This document shows positions 40,695 through 57,182 of a stretch of 64,000 nucleotides of DNA, piece after piece. How positions within the stretch are numbered: position 1 is the stretch's first letter; each line of letters opens with the position of its first letter. The notes below the pieces were generated by a model that was not told where the DNA came from, made no database searches, and saw nothing but the letters and a program-made list of their open reading frames with translations. The DNA is from Octopus vulgaris (taxonomy: Eukaryota), in the NCBI GenBank assembly GCA_951406725.2, contig OX597830.1, forward strand, positions 73,470,001-73,534,000, written 5' to 3'. The position numbers and the translations under genes were made by a program.

Positions 40695-41076
40695 TCTTTA
40701 TATATAAAAGTAAGGTCGTGTGTCTATCTCCTACGATTTAGATTCCTAACTACTCCCACATTTTGCGGTGCAGTTTAACCAAAACCGGGTATCTGATAGT
40801 CGTTATTCATGTCGAGCCCTTCTGGGTATTAGCGCGCGTCTACGATGAGTCTAGGATTTAAAATAAAATTTACCATCATTTTTTTCCATTTTAATGCATT
40901 TTTTCGCTATTATATAAGGGAAGTAACTCTCTAAAAATGTCTACGAAGAGTCAACGATTTAAAAAAAATTTACCATCATTTTTCTTTTCCATTTTTAATG
41001 CATTTTTTTGCTATATTTTGGCTATAACTCTCTAAATATGCTTATATAGTTATTTCCCTTACAAACCCGAGCAACG
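40695..41076 (+). mobile_element. Non-autonomous Helitron, truncated inside its 3' hairpin
   Basis: A^TC start tctttatatataaaa; internal ~95-bp tandem duplication; ends acccgagcaacg, the 5' half of the typical Helitron hairpin, with no CTAG. Confidence 0.65.
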
Positions 41077-41158
41077 GGGTGGCTAAAAGAATGCGAAGTG
41101 CATTGTGACTAACGATGTGTAGCAACATCTGATAGCCTGGTCGGTCACGGTGATCACA

Positions 41159-41207
<49 letters not shown>

Positions 41208-41906
41208 CCGCTAGGCATTCTGTCCAGGGTGCTTTTTATCCGCCGCCTTACACACACATATTAATGCTATCTATACCAGTTCACCTGATTACCAAAAAGA
41301 GGGACCAACAGTTATCCACTCAGCCTTTGTCGAAGTACCGCCGTATAATGTCCTTGGGACATCTAAACCCGCTTATCTAGATCTGTCGTAGGCCTATCTC
41401 TCCACGCTGTAGAATTTCTGATTAAACAAGGTAATTTTGTGGTTGGCCGAGATGCTTTACGACGTCTGGTTTAGTTTTGAGTTCAAAATCTGCTTAAGTG
41501 CTGCTGACCATAGATAATCAACCCAACCACAAAATTACCTTGTTTAATCCGAAATTCTACAGCGTGGAGAGATAGGCCTACGACAGATCTCGATAAGCGA
41601 GTTTAGATGTCCCAAGGACATTATATGGCGGTACTTCGACAAAGGCTGAGTGGGTAACTGTTGGTACCTCTTTTTGGTAATCAGGTGAACTGGTATAGAT
41701 AGCATTAATATGTGTGTGTAAGGCGGCGGATAAAAAGCACCCTGGATAAAATACCTAGCGGCACTTTGTCTTCGCTTTCTGAGTGCAAATCCCACCGAAG
41801 CCGACTTTGCTTTTCATCCTTTTTGAGGTCGATAAAATAATTCTAGTTAAGCACTGGGGTCGATGTAATCGAGTTATCTTCTCTCCCGAAATTGCTGGCC
41901 TTGTAG

Positions 41907-41983
<77 letters not shown>

Positions 41984-42065
41984 CGTGATTACTGTGACCG
42001 ACCAGGCTATCAGATGTTGCTACACATCGCTAGTCACAATGCAGTTCGCATTCTTTTAGCCACCC
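41077..42065. repeat. Nested two-segment inverted duplication
   Basis: 41077-41162 is the reverse complement of 41980-42065; 41204-41446 is the reverse complement of 41523-41765. Confidence 0.9.
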
Positions 42066-42272
42066 TGCAGGCTAAGTGAGCAGGCCAACAGAAGAAAGAG
42101 TGAGAGAAAGTTGTGGCGAAAGAGTACAGCAGGGATCGCCACCGCACCCCCTGCCGGAGCCTCGTGGAGATTTAGGTGTTTTTGTTCAATAAACACTCAC
42201 AACGTCCGGTCTGATAATCGAAGCCGCGATCCTACGACCGCGAGTCCGCTGCACTAACCACTGGGCCATTGC
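41980..42272 (-). mobile_element. SINE family D, alternative tail (cacggtga) into (TA)n
   Basis: Head tggcccagtggttagtgcagcggactcgcggtcg; body cgccacaactttctctcactc. Confidence 0.85.
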
Positions 42273-42281
42273 TACACACAC

Positions 42282-42331
<50 letters not shown>

Positions 42332-42339
42332 CATTATTA

Positions 42340-42408
<69 letters not shown>

Positions 42409-43620
42409 GAGAGGGCTGGGACCAAAGCTGGCTTCGTGGGTGCTCTGATCAATTTGGATCAATCGAAAGCATTCGATAGCGTCAACCATCACTACTTGGA
42501 AGCCGCCCTGAAAGCAGACGGTTTCGGACCATTTTCAGAGTCTGGATCGCTGCAATGCATAGCAGCACTTGTTGAGTGGTCAAAGTAAATGGTCACCTAC
42601 CGCATACTCGGTCCGTTAGGGCTACCAACCGTCGCCTCTACTGTACGCATTGGCACTCGAGCCACTGCTGCGGAAGTTGGAACAGCTAGGGGGCGTCCTT
42701 TTCGAACTGGGACAAGGAAGGACAGTGTCGGCATACACGGACGACGTCACTGTCATGGTGTCGGGTGTCACTGAAGTGAAGACGGTCGGCACCATCCTAA
42801 AGGAATAATAGTCAGTTGCAGGCCTAGAATCAACGCCGACAAATCGGTTGGTTTGCTGTTGGGCTCCTGGAGTGGCTGGACAATGCCATCGGACAGCATC
42901 GCCGGACGCTGGATCGACGGACCAGTTAAACTGCTTGGAGTTTGGTTTGGTTCTAACCTCCAAGTTAATAAGAACTGGGACGAAGTGACGAACAGAGTGA
43001 CCTGTCTTACCCAAATATAGGGTGAAAGGAAGCTGTCCCTGAAAGGTGGGGCAGAAGTAGCGAATGCTTACATCACCTTCTTTATCATTTATCTCCTGAC
43101 CTTCGTGCCTTGTCCCGGTTACTGCTTGAGCAGATTGGAGCGCCTCTTATTTAAATTCTTGTGGAAGGGATGCGTTCCAATGGTGAGGCGGTCAGTTTGT
43201 TGCCAGCATCCTCTGAGTGGCCGATTAGGTCTGCCGTGGCTCCTGATGCGCAGACACGCTCTTATTTACGCCACCTGCAACGGTTTCTGGACGGTGAGTG
43301 TGTGTGGGCTCCGTTTGTGAGACTAGTCTTTCCGCAGCTCGTCTACTTGACAGAGCTGCAGTCCTGGGTGAAGAAAAGGCCGAGATTGGGCAGCTAGCAC
43401 TTAGAATGTCCTCAGGCGGTCACAGCCCTCTACCAGTTGGGGAAAGGGATCGGTGGATGTTCTGCTTTAGAAATTTATAGAGTATTAGTGGCTGGGAGAT
43501 GCTACCGCATACTCTGGGAGACTGCGGGAACCGACGGAAACGAACAGGCTAGTCTGTTCCGAAGAACTTCTCAGTCGGGAACTATCAAGGATAATTTTCA
43601 AATGTCCTTGACCTGGCAGG
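42409..43620 (+). pseudogene. Tx1/L1-type LINE RT remnant
   Basis: ALINLDQSKAFDSVNHHYL...GFG, AYTDDVTV, VKLLGVWFG, LSLKG, LFKFLWKG...GRLGLP; stops and frameshifts. Confidence 0.85.
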
Positions 43621-43964
43621 GCGACTTTGCTTTTCATCATTTCAGAGTTGATAAAATAAGTACCAGTGGGGCACTCTGGTCGATAAAACCCCCATAGTTC
43701 AGGCCTTGTTTTTCTGGTATAAAGGATTATTAATTATGACATAACTGTATGTTTGTATGTAGTTATATCCACAGATTGTCGTATAACGAGCAGGCTTTGC
43801 CGTTGTTCGAGATAGGGCATTAAACACTGTCGAACTGATCTTGCAACCCAACGAACTGATCTTGCAACCCAACGTACGATTAAGGGCCCCGCAAAGAATT
43901 ACAATGAAGCTCCTATAACATACCGGATTGGAAATGAAAGACCCCGAAGTCAACAGTGTAATGT

Positions 43965-44266
43965 TGTTTGTTCCTTATCGAGCCATGCTTGGCTCATAAG
44001 GGCCGTTTCCCGGTTTCTTGGCGTATAGGTTCCCCCACTTGGACGGGACGCTGGTCCGTCGCAGGTGAGCTGCAAGATGCAGGAGGAAAGAGTGAGAGAA
44101 AGTTGTGGCAAAAGATTCAGCAGAAGTTTCGCCATTACTTTCTGCTGGAGCCACGTGGAGCTTAGGTGTTTCGCTCATAAACACACACATCGCCTGGTCT
44201 GAAATTCGAACCTACGATCCCTCGACCGCGAGTCCGCTGCTCAAACCACTAGGCCATGTACCTCCA
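43965..44266 (-). mobile_element. SINE family D
   Basis: TSD caacagtgtaat at about 43951 and 44267. Confidence 0.9.
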
Positions 44267-44636
44267 CAACAGTGTAATATACCGCTATAACCTACTCGGC
44301 TTTTCAGTTCAATCTTTATCAAATTTTGGTTTTCCTATATTATCGCTCACCGATATTTTCATTTCTCTCTTCTTTACGTTCTCAGGTAAAAATACATTCA
44401 AATGAAAGGGTTATGGAAACATTAAGCTACACGAAAACTCTCTATCTCTCTGTCACATACACTCACACAGACATGCACTTAAACATGCATACACACACAC
44501 ATACGCACACACACGCACACACTCATACACATGCATATGCAGTTATATGTCTATACACATGTATGTATGTGAATATACGTATATACGTATATATTTATGT
44601 GCATATGTGTATATATATATATGTATGTATATGTAT

Positions 44637-44671
<35 letters not shown>

Positions 44672-44696
44672 CAAATATATACAGATACATACTTGC

Positions 44697-44737
<41 letters not shown>

Positions 44738-45619
44738 ATGTAGCTACATATATGTGTATAATCACGTGTATATATATATAAATATATAAATATATATATT
44801 TATATATACACAATTATATTTGGGGACGGTCATATATATATATATGTGTGTGTGTATGTTTGAGTGCGTATGCTCGCGTGTACGGGAGTGTATACATACA
44901 TATATATAGTGTATACACACACATATATACATACATACATACATACATACATACATACATACATACATACATACATGCATATATATATGTATACCAACGA
45001 ATGAAAGAAGTTGTCAATGTTATATTATTAGTATCCTAACGGATTACAAACAAGCAGAACCAAATGGCTACATAAATCTAAGAATGGTAATTATGATGGC
45101 ACCACTTACCGCTTACTCTAAGACAACAGGCACTGACGTACAGCATGGCGCTGGGTTCCATTTATTTATTTATTTATTTATTTATTTATTTGTTTGTTTG
45201 TTTGTTTATTTATTTATTCCTAGCCTTTTGCCTTGAGTCAAAGCTGGCCATAAATATATGACAAACATGTTCTAAAGGAATTGTGAAAGGGTTAGATACA
45301 GGAATATGTACGTATGCATATGCATGTATGCACACACACGCACACACACACAAATACACACACACACACACACACACACACTCACGCACAAACACACATA
45401 CACACACATATACATACATATGTATGGATATGTATGTAGTTACATTTGTATATATAGGTATACTTACGTATATGAGTACATTTAGATATGTATATATATA
45501 TATATATATACATACATACATACATACATACATACATGTATATATATATATATAATATATATATATATACATACAACATACATACATGTACATATATATA
45601 AATGTACACATATACGTAA

Positions 45620-45664
<45 letters not shown>

Positions 45665-46416
45665 TATATATATATATGAGGCGTGAAATGCGTAGAAATG
45701 CGTATAAGCTGATGTGAATTGGGTGACAGATATGTGTGTGACCCATCTGAGTATACGAGAGTGTATCTGTGTGTATGTGTGTGTTTATATGTGTCTATGT
45801 TTGTGTATGTATGTATATGACGGTGTGTGTGTGTATATGAGTGAGTATTCAATATACAAATATATGCAAATATGCACTATGCACGTATGCGTATGTGTGT
45901 GTGTGCATGACTGTGGGTGGAAAAGAGAAAAACAGAAAGCAAGCAATAACGAGAACAAGAAAGTGTCAGGGAGAGAAAGAAAGAGAGAGAGAGAGAGGAG
46001 AGAAGGAGGAAAAAGAGAAAAAAATGAGAAAGGGAGAGTGTGTATCCATGCTGATGTCCAATACAATAAACACCAGAACATGTCGGATGTTGTGCCATAA
46101 CACCTCAGCGAAACTCTTTGCTGAAAGGGGCTTTCGGGAGGTCAGGGAAGGCCTGCAGAAAGAGGCCCTTTTGTCTTAGTGAAAAATGACTGGGTCATAA
46201 TGGACAGAGCATATTGTTATTTATGTCATGCTGAACTGAAGACAGACAAAAGAATAGAATTAGAAAATGTCACAGAGAGGTGTATATACGAAAAGGGTGT
46301 GTGTGAGAGAGAGAGAGGAAGACTAGAAGATATAAAGATATGAAGATAGAATTCAGAAATTATATACATATATGTATGTTTATGCATTTATGTACTCATA
46401 CACATACACGTATATG

Positions 46417-46561
<145 letters not shown>

Positions 46562-46592
46562 ATAAATAGATAGATAGATAGATAGATAGATT

Positions 46593-46658
<66 letters not shown>

Positions 46659-47370
46659 CTGATTGATAAATAGATAGATGGAAAATTAGATGTGGAAATC
46701 AGGCGCACACGCGCACGCATATATGTGCATATATATACATATATATACATGGTACATATATATATGTGGACTCAGATATATCGAGGGACAGATTGTTAGA
46801 GAGCGTGAGAGAAAGGGAGAAAGGGAGGGAGAAGGAGAGAGAAAAAGAGAAAGAGGCAGAACGAGAGAGGAAACACATGTAGTTGGAGGGAAGGTGGCAA
46901 GGAGATAAACGAGAATCTGTAACGAGGAGTAAGTTTGAGAAACAAGCTACCCGACATATATCCATGTATTACAGGTCGATGGTAGCCTTTTACAGAAGAC
47001 TCATACCGAATGCAATAATATATTATCGTATATCACAAGTCTTATAAAACAGCTTTTATTCATAATTACGTTTGCACGACAAAGCATCGCTCATCAAAGA
47101 TGTATTTCACGTTACGAAAAATGTTCTCTGTATTCAAACTTAGAGTAATGATAGACGAAAATTGGCAAAAGCTAAAAGGAAAATGGGCCCCTCCTTCACC
47201 AACACATACCCACATATTCTTTTTAGTTACTTGAGCCGATTTGTTTATTGATTTATTTGTTTATTCGTTCATTGTATGCTACTGTATGCCATATCATTTT
47301 TAGGTGTTATGATGTAAGCAACAATGTTGCGGGCAAACAGAAAAATAGTGAAAGAAAAAAAAAGTCTCCT

Positions 47371-47860
<490 letters not shown>

Positions 47861-50219
47861 GTATGGTTAAGAAACTGGCTTTGCAGCCGCGTGGATTAGG
47901 GTACGGTCCCACCGTGTGGCATCTGGCGCAAGTATCTTCTACAGTGAGCCCTTACCAATTAATGCCTTGTGAGTAAATTAATCCTATTGGAAATGTGTGA
48001 AAAGCCATCGTATCTACATGTATGCATGCATGTATCTATGTATTAAATGTTATCCAGGTAATTATTTCATAACGCGCATTTCAAAGCTCCGGTGCCGTTA
48101 TCGGATACCATATGCCATCATGCGGCAAGACTATTTCTTAACCTGGATAAACTTGTGGAACTTCGTTAGTGTATAGAATGTTTATAAAATTTTATAGAAG
48201 TATATGGGAAAAACAGGCTTCAATAACAAATTACATTTACCTCTGCGCCGTGGTACCAGCTTCATGTTGCTGAGTTTTCATTCTCATATATCACATGAAA
48301 ATATTTTATAAATAATTACATAGATAAATATCATTCAGCAACAGCGGTGTGCCGGTACTTCATCAGGTGTATGTATGTACAGACAGACACAGACACACAC
48401 AGACAGACACACGCAGACACACACACGCAGACACACACACACATACACACACATACACACACATATGTGTGAGTGTGTATGTGTGTGAGTGCATGCATGT
48501 GGTTTTATGTTTGTCCCACCTTCACCACTTGACAACCGATGTTGGTATTTTTACGTTCCCGTAATTTAGCAGTGTGCCATTTGAAATCGGTAGAATCTCA
48601 AATGGCAATCCATGTCTATAAATCATTTCTGTGTTCGATTTGTTCAACTGAGCCATTCAAGATGGGGTCAAACCATCTCTACAGTCTTATGAAACTGAAA
48701 CAAATGATACAAAATTAATAAATAATCTTTCAATCCTTCTCGAGAACCTTCTCATAGTACCTTTGGAACAGAAGCTCCACTATTTCCTTTGTTTTTCGAT
48801 AGTTTTCGTCATGTAGTGTCCTACATTTCAAAATACTTGCAAATTGTATTTTTACTGCTTATGTTCGCTTCTCTTGATATATTTCGGAAATTAAACATAT
48901 TAATATACAGAATATATTTCACATTATTACATATACTATACGTTACTCGTTTAATTCAAATAAAAAATGATACGCAACTGTATATCATAATGTTTTTAGT
49001 GTTTTTCGAAGGGCAATGAATTTAAAAGTTAAAGAAAAAAATCGATTTTTCTATCGGACAACGATGCCGAACAATCAAGTTCTCGTGAATTAATCAAAAA
49101 TAATTAAGATAAACCCTACTTTACTAATATGAAATTGCTTATCTGCTTGCACTTATTGAGTTTTTCCTTTATTATGTAAGTGTGTGTGTACATACAAACA
49201 CATATATACTCGTATATAATCATATTTCTTTTAAGAAACATTTTTAAGCCCCAGTGAAACTCGAAACACAATCGTTGCTCATTGAAATTTTACCACACCA
49301 CCCAATATCCGCTATGCTACATAACTTACAAACTGAAAAATCCCCTCAAATCCGACCTCGAATGACTCATGGACATATATCTGAGTCAAAGTCGAGCAAC
49401 TGACCCCTCTAAATCAAGCGATCTAAAAACTGACTGATGCAGACGACATCCAAGCACGAAATAATTTCAACTTCGCGCCAAATGTAAATATGGACGTTAC
49501 TACTTTGAATTGCAAATTCGGTAAAACTAGCCAGTGACGTGGATATATATATATCCGACATGAAAAGTGGGCGAAACATGGTAAAGACAAGAGACAAAAA
49601 TCGGAATAAAGTGTTTTATTGAGCTGTATAATATCATAATTTCATAGTGTAATTCTGGCAAGGGTTTAACGAATGTCAAACTCATCCAAGTCGCCATTTT
49701 TGTCCAAACTATGTTTGTTTGTCTTAGAGCGTAATGTTGTTGATCTTTGTCTTTTAAGATCAAGTTGGATTTATAAAGTGTTTGCTCCATATTTCATTTC
49801 AATGTTGCTAATGATTGAACCATCGCCGCCACTACAGCCACCACCGCCACCGTTGCTGCTGGAGCTGGTTATGCACGCTAAGTGAACTCTTTATTACGAT
49901 GGTGGCACCGGTGTTAGAAATAAATGGGTGGTGTTGATAGTTTTAATGGCGGAAGGTGCTGTGGAGAAGAGAGGAGGTGCGAGGAGAGAAGCGGACAAGG
50001 GTTTATTGATCCCTTTTTACACTAGACTGGTAGGATCATTAGAACATCGGGACAAAAATGCCTGCGGTATTTTGTAGCGGACTTCTTTTGGATCCGATTT
50101 CGAATCCTGTTAATGTAAATATTCTTCCCAGAGTGAATAAAAACCGACTTTGTCTTTTCTTCAACTACCATCTTCAATAAAATACCGGGGTCAGTTTAAT
50201 GAAATATCTGTGTGGGTAC

Positions 50220-51450
<1,231 letters not shown>

Positions 51451-51635
51451 CTTCATAATCACTGGATCGATGGGGTTTCTAGATTGCTCCTAGGTAGTAC
51501 TCTCTGTATATACATTATTCTGTAATAAGAATAATATTGACAGTGATTTCGAAGTTTAGGCCAACTAAACAATCATCGAACACTCCATTGATGGCTTAAT
51601 GTAAAATTGTGTTTATTATAACTGAGCATAAAAAG

Positions 51636-51684
<49 letters not shown>

Positions 51685-51933
51685 CACACACACATACACT
51701 CACACACACACACACATATTCACTCACTCACTTACTCACTCACTCACATATATACTATTAAATAGATATGCAGATGTATACACGCATGTGTGTATACGTA
51801 CGTGTGAGTATATATATTCGTACACGCATATTTATAAATATTTTTATAAATATATATACGAGCATATTCATATATATATGTATGTATATGCATACACACA
51901 TTCACATACACACACACACGCACACACGCACAC

Positions 51934-51980
<47 letters not shown>

Positions 51981-52729
51981 TATTAAAAACAATCATACGC
52001 CATCAGACATTCAGTCACCAATTTTAAGAGAAGATAGTGATTATGAAGTCAATTTGTTATCCCTCTATAAATCATTAGCGTGTGATACTAGCTTAATTAC
52101 CTTTATTACCTAGAGGGTTCACAGTTCATGCATGTGTATGCGTGTGTGTCTGTGTGTCTGTGTTTGTGTGCGTGTGTATGTTTGAATATATACCGTATCG
52201 TATAATTAGTATAGTCATCCTAATTATTGAACAAGCTAGGTCTTAATTAACACACCGATATCATATTTCTCTTCGCCCCGTTGATTGGTTCTTCACGTTT
52301 GCTGTCGTCGTTTTCATATTCTCCATCTTGTTTTCCATCAATGAACGTAAATTGAGATGAGGTAATTTAATATAATTATAATTGTAAACAGAGAATTTGG
52401 CTTGTTGCTTTATGTTTATGCTGACAGGGTGGAGGTGTTAACGGTATGTATATATGTCATTATTCAGTTTATTTCAAGATCTCTTACCAATAGAGAAAGA
52501 ACCGGTTTCTAACCTAGATCCAAGGTTTCTTCATTGAAATTTCATCATCAACAACCGGGTATTTTTGTTTGTATGTATCTATGTCTCTTCTATTTTTTAA
52601 TTATTATTATATTTGGCAATATATATATATATATATATCTTCTATATTTTAGTTATTATTATAGAGTTTCCACTGAGGAGAGAGCCGGTTTCCAACAAAG
52701 ATACAAGGCTCCATCTTTGGGATGTAGTT

Positions 52730-54030
52730 AACATAGAAAAATTCACATTTGGAACTTGAGAAAAACCTTGCCTATTTTTGCTGTTCCACTCACAGATTGC
52801 ACTTGTAATGTACAAATTAGCCGGTCGATTTAAATCCCAGTTTACCCAGATTCTCCTTTAAACATTTATCAATTTACTAACAAAACCTAGTGCCCCAATT
52901 ATTATTGGTATGAATATGAATTCATAGTCTGGATACAGAAGCTGGAGGTTTCGAAACAGTTGTCCATAGATATCCTCTTTTTCTTTGATTTTCAAAGAGA
53001 TATTTATATCTGCAGGGCAGCTGACCTCTATGATGGTTCATACTATTGCCCCACTATCCCAAACAGCAATATCCGGCCTGCTATGTTTACATTTCACAGA
53101 AGTTTTGATGGGAATATTCCACCAGTATTCCTTGGGTTGGTGTTTATGAATGTATTCCAAATCAGAGGGATTTTCTGAGTTTATTTCAAGACAGTCTTTC
53201 TTGCAGAAGGCATTGTAAATTATTGTTGTAGTTAGGAATGGTCATTTTGCCAGTTTGGCCAATAAAAACACACGCACTATATATTTGGTGTTACTTTGCT
53301 TCAGCGTTATATATTTTTTATATTAATCTTAATCTTATTTCGGCTAGAGTTCTTTCGTCACACTTCTGTGACCCCATCAGTGGTCCTTTGTTTCTTCTTT
53401 CTGATTTGTGTGTCTCTCCTTACTAACGGTCAGTCATTTTGTATTTTGTATATAACGCTGAAGCAAAGTAACACCAAATATATAGTGCGTGTGTTTTTAT
53501 TGGCTAAACTGGCAAAATGACCATTCCTAAATACAACAATATATGTTTCAACACACGATTTCACATCAAAAATCTTGCAAAACAAATATATAAACGTAGC
53601 TTTGTAGATTGTTTTAGCGATAACATCGTGCCACACAGGGATGTAGTATCGTGACGACATTTTAGGATAGCTGCTAATCACATGCTTGGTGTCTTCTACA
53701 GAAACATGACATAGTCTACACATGGCTTCCTTGTTCACCAGGTACTTCGTTCCCGGATTGCAAACGCATAGCCTTCAAAGTGTGATGTAATGTAGTGGTC
53801 TTGTGTCCAAGAGAGGCTGCATTTCGTGTCAATTATACTGTCATCTTCAAGCTTCGGGCAACATACCCATGCATTGTCGTTTTTTTTTTTTGTATTCTGA
53901 GTGCTTTCCATTCAGGTCTTCTCTGAGGTAAGAAAGCCCAGCTGTTTTGGGGCTGTATAAGAGATCATCAGGATGAGAGTGCTTCTTGAGAAGCTCGCTG
54001 CCAACTCATACAATGTTGCTCACTTCACTT
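52730..54030 (-). pseudogene. RLE-type (R2/R4/CRE group) LINE C-terminal remnant, interrupted
   Basis: CRLCHVSVEDTKHVISS...WHDVIAKTIY (CCHC knuckle plus RHD-like motif); resumes after the insert with RPDIAVWD...IIEVSCP...KEKED.Y...PIIIGALG. Confidence 0.85.
53221..53601. mobile_element. Insert with ~90-bp inverted arms and a hammerhead-like motif (53345-53380, minus)
   Basis: Arms 53221-53312 and 53450-53542; CTGATGG-G-GTCACA-gaag-TGTGAC-GAAA-GAACTC-TA; possible TSD ttgtaaat/ttgtagat. Confidence 0.65.
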
Positions 54031-54063
54031 TTCTGCACTGCATTTATATATTTATAAAAGATA

Positions 54064-55115
54064 CCCAGAGAGAAGGTCTGCTTTTATTGGTCGGGTCGGG
54101 ACCCCCATCGGTCACGACACTGACTGTGGGATTGCACCTAGAAAGTTACCTTCCTAGTCACAAGTCTGGGCAAGGTGGTTTATGGAAGCCCAGCAGTCGC
54201 CCATGCATACCGGCCTCCCCTCTCCACGCCACCAGTGTTATCCAAGGGAAAGGCAGCAGCCGATACATGTTGACACCCGTGAAGTCGCAACTCATTTCTA
54301 TAGCTGAGTGAACTGGAGCAACGCGAAATAAAGTGTCTTGCTCAAGAACACAACACGCAGTCCGGTCCGGTATTCGAGCTCACAACCTCACGATCGTAAG
54401 ATCGACGCTCAAATCACTGAGCCATGCGCCTTCACTGTTATTGGTAAGGAGATGCAAAAGTATGCATTGGACATTGTAGCATTTTCAGAGACTAGATTTC
54501 TTGGGCAAGGTAACTTTACTGAGAAATCCAGAGGCTACACATTTTATTGGAGTGGGAAAGAAGAAAAAAGAAAATTGCAAAAAAGCAAGTGGTGTTGCTT
54601 TTGCTCTGAAAACCTTCTTGGTTGATAAGTTAGAGAAACTGCCATATAGTGTAAATGACAGAATGATATTGATGAGGTTTCCTTTAAAAAAAGGATCGGT
54701 ATGTAACACTTGTTAGTGCTTATGTACCAACTATGAAATCAAGTAAAAATGAAAAGCTCTCCTTTTATGATTTGCTAAAAGAAAATAGCTGCAAAATTCT
54801 ACACGAGGATAAGATTATCATACTGGGCGATTTTAATGCTAGAGTTGGTGAAGATCATGAGACATGGGGTTAAATTGGAAGACACTGAGTGGGGAATTGT
54901 AACAGCAATGGCTTACTTCTGTTAGAGATGTGTCCTGAGCTGAACCTATTTATTATGAGCACTGCTTTTTCAGCAAAAAATACAAGTTCAAAATTATATG
55001 GATGCACCCCGGTTCAAAATAAATGGCACCTGAGACTATACAATAGTTAGAAAGCGAGATAAGAGAGATGTCTGTATAGTGCGGGTATTGCGGGGAGAAG
55101 AATGTTGGACATAAT
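54064..55115 (+). pseudogene. RTE-clade LINE APE endonuclease remnant
   Basis: PERRSA [SINE C insert] IGKEMQKYALDIVAFSETR..G.G...GYTFYWSG...GVAFAL...NDRM...SAYVPTM...ILGDFNARVG. Confidence 0.85.
54092..54435 (-). mobile_element. SINE family C inserted in the RTE remnant
   Basis: TSD ttattggt at 54084-54091 and 54438-54445. Confidence 0.85.
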
Positions 55116-55218
55116 GTTCTCCCGCCCCTCAAAAAGTGTTGGAGCAGTGTCGAAATATAAGACATTATTGTTATAAGTAGTAGTAGTAGTAGTGGTGGTG
55201 GTGGTGGTGGTGGTGGTG

Positions 55219-55268
<50 letters not shown>

Positions 55269-55310
55269 GGTGGTGGTAGTATTAGTAGTTGTGGTGGTGG
55301 TGGTGTGGGG

Positions 55311-55364
<54 letters not shown>

Positions 55365-55673
55365 AATCGCGAAGAAATAAATTGCATAGAAGAATTATGT
55401 TCTACCGATGTACATCCGATTTTGGATTATAAGCAATTCCTACGGTTGACAAGAATTTCAAGATGGTGTTTCGATACAAATCAAACAAAAAGAAACATGC
55501 CAAACTACACAAATTATAAATAAATAAATAAATAAATAGATAAATAAATATAAATGACTAGATAAATAAATAAAGGAAGAAAATAAAAATGAAAAGAGAT
55601 AATTGAATACACAAGGTGATATATAAGAAGTTGAAGCGAACCCATACACATAAGGCAAATACGACTATCATCT

Positions 55674-55750
<77 letters not shown>

Positions 55751-55766
55751 TTTTATATATATATGA

Positions 55767-55807
<41 letters not shown>

Positions 55808-56320
55808 CTTACACACAAACACACACACATACATATATCATAGTTGTATATGCTATCATTTTGTGGTTCCATTTTTCACGTTTTATAAAACTAAGACATC
55901 GATGTCGCTTGATCATACTTCCCCTCCTAGCATTTACCTCCCCTTGATATGTAAAAAAAAACCCCTCAAATAACACCAAATATTGATATAACCTTTATCA
56001 TACTTTATGGTGGGATCTGTTTGAAACACATGTCTACTTTGGTGGAATTATTGAATATATTAAGACATTCACATCCACAAACACACACACAAACAAATAA
56101 ACACACACACAAACAAATAAACACACACACACACACTAATAGAAACACATGCACTAACAGCATTATCAGTGACAGCATCATCACCAACAGCATCATTATT
56201 ATCATCATTATATCTTTCTTATTCTAACGCTCACACACAATCGTATAGAAGCAAATACACATACATACAACATACCCATTTCCAACATATATACTCACGC
56301 ACATACGTACATATCATCAA

Positions 56321-56367
<47 letters not shown>

Positions 56368-56939
56368 CCACCACCATCATCATCATCATCATCATCATCA
56401 TTATCATCATCATCATCATCAGCATTATCATCATCGTCATCGTCATCGTCATCATCATAATCGTCATCATCGTCATAATCATCATCATCGTCGTCGTCGT
56501 TGTCGTTGTCATCAACATGGTATTTATCCCAAGCCACTCTGTGACTACTAAGCGACTGTCATCAGCACCAGTTAAGAATCAGATGAAATATGGAAGCCAA
56601 GAAAAACCCGCATACACGCTTCAGTTCTATAAGCATAGACACACTTATATAGACTCACGCAAACACACACAGCACGCACGCACACACATACACACACATA
56701 TATATGTATGTATGTATATGTGATTAATGCATGTGGATGTGTGAGTATATATATATATATATATATATATATGATCACTCATACTTATACATTACTCACA
56801 TATACGTACATACACACTAACACACACACACACACACACACACATATAAATATATATATACACATATATACACGCAAAGCTGTATAATAGTTATGCAGTG
56901 CAAAAGTAAATATGAACAGAAATAAAACATGTGTAGATT

Positions 56940-57182
56940 ACAACAACGAACAACAAACATCAACAACTAATAACAATAATAATAATAATAATAATAACAA
57001 CAACAACAACAACAATAATAATAATAATGATGATGATGATGATGAGGAGGAGGAGGAGGAGGATAATAATAATGGTGATGGTGATGATGATGATGATGAT
57101 GATAAAGAAGAAGAAGAAGAAGAAGAAGAAGAAGAAGAAGAAGAAGAAGAAGAAGAAGAAGAAGAAGAAGAAGAAGAAGAAG

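Noticed and set aside
43831-43872. 21-bp direct duplication
   Set aside because: Ordinary slippage-type duplication.
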